Source: a virus
Taxonomy: Duplodnaviria; Caudoviricetes
Virus record (IMG/VR): IMGVR_UViG_3300001598_000037
Span: 1-64,000 of that record
Strand: one strand, 5' to 3'
Length of the DNA stretch: 64,000 bases
In this document: piece after piece, positions 1 through 6,865 of the stretch
Numbering within the stretch: position 1 is the first letter of the stretch
Layout of the letters: every line of letters starts with the position of its first letter
Made by a program: the position numbers and the translations under genes
The notes under the pieces: model-generated
Told to the model about the DNA's origin: nothing
The model's database searches: none
Seen by the model: the letters and a program-made list of their open reading frames with translations, nothing else

Positions 1-1
1 T

Positions 2-877
2 GATCCAGCTGATATTTATATTAGAGCTGAAAATAAGGCTTATTATAAAAAAGATGCGACAGCTGCCGTGACAGACAGTGACGAATTAGCTGTAAAAGGC
101 GATTTGGCGTCTTATCAACCACTTGTAACAGCTTTAGGATCTACGACAAAACCAATTTATGTAAGTTCAGATGGTACATTCGCTGAATGTTCGACTTATG
201 CAGGCGGTACTAAAGTTACATTGAACGGTACAGATAAAGGTGCCTCAACAGCATCATTCTATGCTCCAACTTCTGCAGTATCTACTTCTACAGCTAAGAG
301 ATATTTAGTTGGTAGTTCTGCAACAAATTCAGTAGCGACTGAAAATACACATGCTAGTGTATATATGCAATCAGGCAAGATTTATGCGGATGGATTCCAA
401 ACAACTGCAGTATCTTCTGAGTATATTATAATTAGTGGAAAGACACTCCGTGTTCAATCATCAACTGGCGGATCTAATCAAGATGTTGTGGTTGACACCG
501 ATGGTTTGACAATTTATCATGATCCAACAATTAATAATTATATAACTAAATATACTGATGGTCAAATTCAATATAAGGGTAAAACCTTTAACCTACCATC
601 TGCTAATGGCACATTAGCACTTACATCACAAATACCAGATGTTTCATATTCAGAATTAGCTTTAACATTCGCAGGTAGTGGTGGAGAATATAGTGAAGTT
701 ATTAAGACAACTGCTCCAATTCAAGTAATTAAAGTTTCCACACATGAACAAGTTGAGTGTAAGATTGTATATTCTTATACTAATGGTAAATTAAGTGGCG
801 CTACAATTACCATGAATGCAGATTCAGCACCAACTGGATATGCAGCTCTTTGTGTTGCAGGCAGTAGTCTTGCATAA
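2..877 (+). CDS. Tail fibre/tail-associated protein, 5' truncated by the window edge
   Basis: Frame is open from nt 2 (upstream of the track's GTG at 68). Ser/Thr/Gly-rich, with the fibre-type motif FNLPSANGTLALTSQIP shared with the 2424..4754 protein. Confidence 0.6.
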   Translation, partial: DPADIYIRAENKAYYKKDATAAVTDSDELAVKGDLASYQPLVTALGSTTKPIYVSSDGTFAECSTYAGGTKVTLNGTDKGASTASFYAPTSAVSTSTAKRYLVGSSATNSVATENTHASVYMQSGKIYADGFQTTAVSSEYIIISGKTLRVQSSTGGSNQDVVVDTDGLTIYHDPTINNYITKYTDGQIQYKGKTFNLPSANGTLALTSQIPDVSYSELALTFAGSGGEYSEVIKTTAPIQVIKVSTHEQVECKIVYSYTNGKLSGATITMNADSAPTGYAALCVAGSSLA

Positions 878-915
878 TAAAATTCACATTTCATTTTAAA
901 TTATAGAGAATTTAT

Positions 916-944
916 TTGACTTTTTAAAACAAGTAAATTATCAT
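916..944 (+). promoter_or_regulatory. Sigma-A/70-type promoter
   Basis: TTGACT (916-921), 17-nt spacer, TATCAT (939-944). Confidence 0.7.
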
Positions 945-949
945 ATAAG

Positions 950-1020
950 TGTAGTGGTTCCGACTAAACAGGAACCTGGTTGGTAAACCAATTCATATAT
1001 GCTAGCGTATATGTATAAGC
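950..1020 (+). ncRNA. Candidate small structured RNA or leader with three tandem hairpins
   Basis: GGTTCC/GGAACC, TGGTT/AACCA and CATATATGC/GCGTATATG stems directly after the predicted start site. Confidence 0.35.
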
Positions 1021-1035
1021 TTCCATTTTCAATAT

Positions 1036-1138
1036 GGCGATGTTCGGAAATGGTAGACGGACTTAATTCTAAGTCAGCGGGAAGGCATATTAATTGAAGT
1101 CAAGATCCCTTGGAGGTTCGATCCCTCCCATCGCGCCA
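1036..1138 (+). tRNA. Atypical tRNA-like RNA (Leu-type D loop, aberrant anticodon arm, long extra arm)
   Basis: GCGATG/CATCGC acceptor pairing, D loop GGAAATGGTAGAC, T arm GGAGG-TTCGATC-CCTCC, encoded 3' GCCA. The anticodon arm GACTTAATTCTAAGTC does not give a standard 5-bp stem with 7-nt loop. Confidence 0.55.
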
Positions 1139-1202
1139 AAATATGTACTTAGTAGAGCCAAAAGCTCATTTAAGAAACCAAAAGTTTAAAGGGGGATAAA
1201 TT

Positions 1203-2039
1203 ATGTCATTTTTAAGTGGTAAATGTGATTTATGTGATTACATTTGGAGTGGAAGAGAAGGAGATTTACTTAAAAATTTTGAAAATTTTAAGGAAAAAAC
1301 CAAAGGTGTTATTTATCAAAATAAAAAAATTAATTTACAAGAGTGGTTTGGAGACCAAGAATATTCTTTTATAAAGTCACACTGCAATACATTTGATTAT
1401 AGAAAAGAAGAATATAGTGTCGTGGATAACAGATGCAATGGTGGCTGTAGAACATGTGAAAAATATATTTTTATATATTGGGGAAAAGAATATAATTTTA
1501 AAGACATGAAGAAAAAAGGTATTTATATTGAAGTGCCCATTTACTTTAATACATTATTAGATCTTCTACCTTATTTTCCATATATTTCGTATGGAACATC
1601 AGAACATATAATAGTTTCTCAAGAAAGTTATGTTAATTCCGTCAGAGATGATTCTATACAAGACTATGCTCACGACAGTTTATTGTTTACAGATTATAAA
1701 AAACAATTAGCTGATTTATATTTAAACGTATGTCAAAATTATTTTTTATATCAACTTCCAGAAAGAACACGAAGAATCTCTTTAATTGGATATAAACCTT
1801 TGCATAATGGATATTATGAGTTATTGGTTGAAGAACCTATCGATTATATGCACGATCCTAAATTCGTGTGGAAAGATGGTAAAAAACATAATCATTGGGA
1901 GTCTCCTAAAATGTATGATAATCGCACATTTTTAATAGCAGAAAGTAATATTGATTACTGGTTAGCTGAAGATATAAAAAATCATCAAGTAGAAATTGAA
2001 TATGTAGTTAAACCTAAGAATGGTTTTCCTACATTTTAA
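1203..2039 (+). CDS. Hypothetical protein (278 aa)
   Basis: Long ORF with purine-rich SD (AAAGGGGG); no recognised motif. Confidence 0.75.
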   Translation: MSFLSGKCDLCDYIWSGREGDLLKNFENFKEKTKGVIYQNKKINLQEWFGDQEYSFIKSHCNTFDYRKEEYSVVDNRCNGGCRTCEKYIFIYWGKEYNFKDMKKKGIYIEVPIYFNTLLDLLPYFPYISYGTSEHIIVSQESYVNSVRDDSIQDYAHDSLLFTDYKKQLADLYLNVCQNYFLYQLPERTRRISLIGYKPLHNGYYELLVEEPIDYMHDPKFVWKDGKKHNHWESPKMYDNRTFLIAESNIDYWLAEDIKNHQVEIEYVVKPKNGFPTF

Positions 2040-2049
2040 TTTAATAAAT

Positions 2050-2084
2050 CGGGCTCGCGTTCTAGCCATAAGTAGAATAGCCCG
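2050..2084 (+). promoter_or_regulatory. Intergenic stem-loop
   Basis: CGGGCT/AGCCCG outer stem and TTCTA/TAGAA inner stem, just upstream of the 2105 start. Confidence 0.4.
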
Positions 2085-2104
2085 TCAGTGCAAAGGAAAA
2101 CGTT

Positions 2105-2350
2105 ATGGAAGAAAAAACTAAAATTTTAAGAGCCGCTGACGCTCGAGCAATGTCAGAAATGTCTAATTTTTTAAAAAACAATGTTTACAAAAATATTAAA
2201 TATTGTGCCAATGAAAACAGAACAAAAATGATGTGGGATCTCGAAGATTGTAGTGCAGCTGCAGTTAAAGACTTAATTGATGATCTTCAATCCAATGGTT
2301 ATACCGTTGATATTGTTGATGACAGAAACATGTTAGTCGTTACATGGTAA
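2105..2350 (+). CDS. Hypothetical protein (81 aa)
   Basis: ORF with AAGGA SD; no motif. Confidence 0.65.
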   Translation: MEEKTKILRAADARAMSEMSNFLKNNVYKNIKYCANENRTKMMWDLEDCSAAAVKDLIDDLQSNGYTVDIVDDRNMLVVTW

Positions 2351-2359
2351 GAATTTCGG

Positions 2360-2390
2360 AGCCCAGGAGCATTATACTCATGGGCTTTCT
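2360..2390 (+). terminator. Probable intrinsic terminator
   Basis: AGCCCA-GAG/CTC-TGGGCT stem followed by TTCT (weak U tract). Confidence 0.45.
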
Positions 2391-2423
2391 GCATAAAAAA
2401 TATAAAGAAGGAGGTAAAATAAC

Positions 2424-4754
2424 ATGGCAGAAAAAAGTATATTAACTGATCTTAAAGTCAGTTCTAAAATAACAACAAACGCATATCATATTAGTTCTGA
2501 TAAATATCAAATTAAGATCGGTACACCAGCATATCCTGGTACAAATAAACCTTCTTCAATTACATGGAATAGTGATGGTGTATCATTGTCACAAGGTCAA
2601 GCAGAGTCATCGGGTATTTATATAGACGGCGATAAAATTGTCATGTGGAGTCCATTTGATGGACCATTTACGTTATATGATGAAGATGATGGTTCTATTA
2701 GATTTCAAGTTGATGGCAGTAGTAATATTTATGAAGGCACTACTAAATTAACGAATAGATATGCAAGATTTGATACAGCACAAAGTTTAAGTGATGCCCA
2801 AAAATTACAAATCACTACTAATATTGGCGCCTTAGAAAAAGTTAAAACTATTACGATTACAGCGGCACAAATTGGTACTATATCTAGTATCCAATATATC
2901 ACAAATTTAACCACAGAACAAAAAGCTATTCTTGAAAATTTAGAATATCCTATTATAAAAGTAGATTTATCTTCAATTTATACAGCATTAGGTATTGATA
3001 GCCCATATGCTTGGTTGGTTAGAAATGCAGTAAAATATATTCCAGATCCAGCTTCACCAAGTACGACAAGCTTAGTGTCTACTGCTTATGAATTTATTTG
3101 TTATAGTAATGATTTGGATTTAAGTAATAGTTTAAAGAAGATGGGTAATTTAGCGTTCTACTATTTTTATGAAGCTAAAGGCACAATAAGTACATACGGT
3201 TTAAGTAAATGTATACTACCTGAATTAGGTAAAATTACTTTAGCTCATTTATCACATTGTGATAATATTGAAAATGGTGGCGCTCAAGCAATACAACAAT
3301 CACCTGTTGGAACATTTAATGCAACACCAAGAGGTTATAGTTTTACTGGTTTATCAGCAGGTGCGCCTGCTAACTACTCAGCCATGTTTAATGGTAATAG
3401 TAAATCAGAGGGCACCTATTCAACATCTTTTGGTTTAAATACATATGCTCTTGGTTATGGTGCACTTACTCAAGGCGATGAAACATATGCTCCTGGCGAT
3501 TTTGCTTTTGCTGGCGGACAAAAATGTTCATCGGTAGGAAATATATCATTTACATATGGTCAAGGTTTAATTGCTAGTGGTGATCTACAAACTATATTTG
3601 GTAAATATAATGCTTCGGATTCTAATAAGGCATTTATTATTGGTTATGGTGATTCATCAATACCTAAAAATATATTAACTGTAGATAAAAACGGTTGGTT
3701 ACAGTGCAGTGGATTTACAGATGGAACAACATCCAAAACGATGACACAAATACTTAGTGGTATTACTCCGTCTAATATGGTAACTACTGATACAGAACAA
3801 ACTATTAGCAGTATTAAGACATTCCAATCATATATTCGTGTGTATGATGATTCTGATTTCTATGGTGGTACTGACAATTTTAACGGACATGATGTCGACG
3901 CTTATTATTATTCAAAAGGAATAACAGTCTCAGATTGTGATGAAGGCGGCGAATACAATATATCATATCCTGCAAAAAGTGGTACTATTGCATTAACCAG
4001 TGATATTCCTAGTGCAATCACTGAAATATCTACTCAATACGTTCGTTTGACAGATTTAACAACGGGAGTTTATAAACTAACATATAGTGGCTATAAATAT
4101 ATATATTATTATGGTAAAACTAGTACCAATACACATACTGTTGCCACTGGAAGTGGACCTTGTATTTTAGAGGTGAATAGATATCAAAATGGTTCTACAT
4201 ATTATTGGGATGCTAACTATTTCTCTTACGATGGATCTTATCGATATTTAAACAATTTATATAGTACTGCTTCTTCAGGCGGTGTAAATTCAGTAAATAT
4301 CGCAAGTATTTTAACGTCGCATGCGTATAGACCGATTAAGATGAATGGCACTCAAATATTGTCGAGTTCATCTTCTACCGCATTGGGACTTACTGCTGGA
4401 TCTGGTATCACCTTAACCAATTCTAGCGGTACTGTGACTATTTCTGCGTCAGGAGGCGGAGGTGGTACATCATTATATTTAGTTGATTTTGGTTATGTAA
4501 GTGGTTATAAATTGCAAATTATTACAGCTAGCTCTACAGCACCATCTTGGGATAGTATATATAACGCTTATTATTTAGAAAAATTTGTTTCCGCTTGGGT
4601 ATATAATAATAATATAGGTGGGTTTGAGACTACGGGGCGTATGATAGATGCTAATATGCACAGTTCATCCTATATGTATTTGAAAGGTTTTTATAATGGA
4701 AGTTCTAGTATATATTTTAACGGAACCGAAACTGTAACCATCACAGCATTATAA
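2424..4754 (+). CDS. Tail fibre / receptor-binding protein
   Basis: YadA-head-like repeats (STSFGLNTYALGYGA...AFAGGQKCSSVGNISFTYGQGL), QTIFGKYN...AFIIGYG...ILTVDKNG, TTDTEQTISSIKTF and YPAKSGTIALTSDIP; AAGGAGG SD. Confidence 0.75.
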   Translation: MAEKSILTDLKVSSKITTNAYHISSDKYQIKIGTPAYPGTNKPSSITWNSDGVSLSQGQAESSGIYIDGDKIVMWSPFDGPFTLYDEDDGSIRFQVDGSSNIYEGTTKLTNRYARFDTAQSLSDAQKLQITTNIGALEKVKTITITAAQIGTISSIQYITNLTTEQKAILENLEYPIIKVDLSSIYTALGIDSPYAWLVRNAVKYIPDPASPSTTSLVSTAYEFICYSNDLDLSNSLKKMGNLAFYYFYEAKGTISTYGLSKCILPELGKITLAHLSHCDNIENGGAQAIQQSPVGTFNATPRGYSFTGLSAGAPANYSAMFNGNSKSEGTYSTSFGLNTYALGYGALTQGDETYAPGDFAFAGGQKCSSVGNISFTYGQGLIASGDLQTIFGKYNASDSNKAFIIGYGDSSIPKNILTVDKNGWLQCSGFTDGTTSKTMTQILSGITPSNMVTTDTEQTISSIKTFQSYIRVYDDSDFYGGTDNFNGHDVDAYYYSKGITVSDCDEGGEYNISYPAKSGTIALTSDIPSAITEISTQYVRLTDLTTGVYKLTYSGYKYIYYYGKTSTNTHTVATGSGPCILEVNRYQNGSTYYWDANYFSYDGSYRYLNNLYSTASSGGVNSVNIASILTSHAYRPIKMNGTQILSSSSSTALGLTAGSGITLTNSSGTVTISASGGGGGTSLYLVDFGYVSGYKLQIITASSTAPSWDSIYNAYYLEKFVSAWVYNNNIGGFETTGRMIDANMHSSSYMYLKGFYNGSSSIYFNGTETVTITAL

Positions 4755-4765
4755 AGGAGATCAGA

Positions 4766-5089
4766 ATGGAAAGATATTATTATAAAGATGAAAAAGGTAA
4801 TTATTATAATTATACTAAAATATATGAAGGTTTAATTCCGATTACAGAAGCAGAATGGAATGAACATGTAAAAACAGAAGAACCTTCGGAAAAGCAAAAA
4901 CAAATCTGGGCTAAAAATAAAGAAATTATTATTTTAAAAGAAAATTTATTAGCTACAGACTATCAAGCTATTAAATACGCTGAGGGCGAAATTACTATTC
5001 AAGACTACGAGGCAATTAAATTACAACGACGTACTTGGCGTATTCAAATTAATGAATTAGAACAACAAATAAAAAATATAGAGAATTAA
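4766..5089 (+). CDS. Tail fibre assembly chaperone-like protein
   Basis: Directly follows the fibre gene. LATDYQAIKYAEG...IKLQRRTWRIQINELE resembles small fibre-associated chaperone proteins. Confidence 0.6.
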   Translation: MERYYYKDEKGNYYNYTKIYEGLIPITEAEWNEHVKTEEPSEKQKQIWAKNKEIIILKENLLATDYQAIKYAEGEITIQDYEAIKLQRRTWRIQINELEQQIKNIEN

Positions 5090-5090
5090 C

Positions 5091-5119
5091 TTGACGTATG
5101 TCAACTAATACTATATAAT
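5091..5119 (+). promoter_or_regulatory. Sigma-A-type promoter with a dyad over the -35 box
   Basis: TTGACG, 17 nt, TATAAT; inverted repeat TTGAC-GTAT-GTCAA at 5091-5104. Confidence 0.8.
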
Positions 5120-5125
5120 AATAAC

Positions 5126-5770
5126 TGTGATAAGGGGAGATCAACCAAATCTCCCCCTCACAATATCTTAATGATATAACTAATGAAATCATTGTATCTG
5201 GGTGCACAACCGTTATTATATGCGGTTCCCAGAGACGAGCACAGTCTAGGAAGATACTTTAATGATAGTTAGAGTATCGAGCCCAGAGCCGAGTAGTGAT
5301 ACTTGGTAAAGAGCCCTCAACATGGGGCGATAATGTGACGTTGTGCGAGGTTATTATCTGTTTAAGCTATCAAATCTTTCGCAGTAGCAATAGACGCCCC
5401 AGTGGGGAATAATCCTAAAGTGGTCGGCTCGGCCGCCGATGCGGGGCTTTAGGAAATGCCAATCAATACTGTGTGCCTTGATGTATGGGAACATAATATA
5501 AGAAAGAGGAGAGTAGGAGTAGTCGTATGGCACATTACAAATAACGAGAAAGCATAAAAAATGGATATATTTTTTTAATGGATATATTTTTTTTCTGAAC
5601 GTTCGATGAAACTTAAAGGTATTATTCCTTTCGGTGATTAAAGCGGCAAGAAGTGTGGGGGTCGCGACCTCATGCTCAGACTTGTTGTATCCGTTAGCTA
5701 ACAAGACATTTAATAATTGAGTAGAGTGAAGGCTCACAATATTTCATTAGTTATGTCATTAAGAATTTTT
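5126..5770 (+). ncRNA. Large structured non-coding RNA (~600 nt), ROOL/GOLLD-class candidate
   Basis: Own promoter; 24-bp closing helix 5166-5189 with 5741-5764 (one G-U); many internal stems, GNRA loops (GTGA, GGAA); raised GC; U-rich 3' end; no credible + strand ORF. Confidence 0.7.
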
Positions 5771-5822
5771 TATATTTATACCTTGACCGAAAAGTCATTA
5801 AACTAATCATGGAGGTATAGAT

Positions 5823-6050
5823 ATGTACAGTAATAATTTTTGCAGTCATCATAACTATAGCTTGTACTTTGAAAAGGCCGATCATAAGAAAATCATTTCT
5901 GAATCTTTTAGTAGCAGATCTGATGCTAATCAAAAAATGTATAACCTTTTAGGTAAATATAGTTTGAAGATCAATAAGATCTATGATGACAAACATGACA
6001 AAACTTACTTTTGTCAAGATGGTTCTGTTTTCCATATAAACAGGGTTTAA
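5823..6050 (+). CDS. Hypothetical protein (75 aa)
   Basis: GGAGG SD with good spacing. Confidence 0.65.
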   Translation: MYSNNFCSHHNYSLYFEKADHKKIISESFSSRSDANQKMYNLLGKYSLKINKIYDDKHDKTYFCQDGSVFHINRV

Positions 6051-6173
6051 TCTTTTCCTTAAAAGATGAAAAAAAGGTATTTGCAGATAAATGCACCTCA
6101 GGTTTATTCTGTTTATATATTTAGTCTGAATAGGATCAGACAAATTTTTATACATTAGGAGGTATTTAAAATT

Positions 6174-6545
6174 ATGAAATATGTATCAGATGATGGTAAA
6201 ATTTATAATTCTTTAGAAGAATGTAAAGAAGCCGATAAACAATATGCAGAAAAAAATAAAGCTGCATTACAATTAAAAGAGCAAAGAATTGCAGATGCAA
6301 AAAAGGTCGAAGAAGCTTTTAAAGTTATTGCTACTTTAGAAGATGAATATAACAAAAAAATTAATGAAGCTATTGATGCTTATTACAAGGAAAGAAATAA
6401 CTTTATTAAAAAATATGGCAGTTATCACATGACATTTAAGAGTGAGAATCCCGCCGATATTCGTTTATTATTTGGCGACGGCAGACGTATTAATTTAAAT
6501 AGTATGTTTGATGAACTCATTAAATTAATGTATAGCATAAGATAA
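6174..6545 (+). CDS. Hypothetical phage protein (123 aa)
   Basis: AGGAGG SD; N-terminal YVSDDGKIYNSLEEC followed by a coiled-coil segment. Confidence 0.7.
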   Translation: MKYVSDDGKIYNSLEECKEADKQYAEKNKAALQLKEQRIADAKKVEEAFKVIATLEDEYNKKINEAIDAYYKERNNFIKKYGSYHMTFKSENPADIRLLFGDGRRINLNSMFDELIKLMYSIR

Positions 6546-6584
6546 AACTTTTATTATAAACTGAGGTATATTATTTAGACAATG

Positions 6585-6609
6585 GATGGGGTATTGCCCC
6601 ATCTTTTTT
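6585..6609 (+). terminator. Intrinsic terminator
   Basis: GATGGGG-TATTG-CCCCATC followed by TTTTTT. Confidence 0.85.
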
Positions 6610-6629
6610 GTTGCAAATTGAGCAATGTA

Positions 6630-6687
6630 AAAAAATGCTAAACTAATAGCATCGCTTAATTGGGGTACTATTAGTTTAGCATTTTTT
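6630..6687. repeat. Perfect 20-bp inverted repeat
   Basis: AAAAAATGCTAAACTAATAG (6630-6649) and CTATTAGTTTAGCATTTTTT (6668-6687), 18-nt spacer. Confidence 0.9.
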
Positions 6688-6744
6688 AAAAAATAAAATA
6701 TCCCTTTTATTCGGGATCATGAAAAATACTGGAGGTATGGTGTA

Positions 6745-6849
6745 ATGCTAAAACAAACAATGAAAAATCTACATAGGAAGAAACAAATAAATATGTTTAA
6801 CCAGAATGGTATGGACTGCAACTTACTCCATACTAACATTATAATTTAA
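6745..6849 (+). CDS. Small ORF (34 aa) immediately upstream of the tape measure gene
   Basis: GGAGG at 6731-6735, ATG at 6745, MLKQTMKNLHRKKQINMFNQNGMDCNLLHTNIII; below the track's length cut-off. Confidence 0.35.
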   Translation: MLKQTMKNLHRKKQINMFNQNGMDCNLLHTNIII

Positions 6850-6865
6850 AAAGGAGGCAAATTGT

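Noticed and set aside
1060-1076. Amber-suppressor tRNA and TAG recoding of the genome
   Set aside because: The CTA-presenting fold needs a poorly paired stem. Very long ORFs are open under the standard code, and TAG ends several clear genes (ssb, Sak4-like ATPase, helicase, 1481-aa protein) right before the next SD.
5354-5737. 127-aa minus-strand ORF
   Set aside because: Antisense to a promoter-driven, highly paired RNA; atypical composition; all credible genes are on the + strand.
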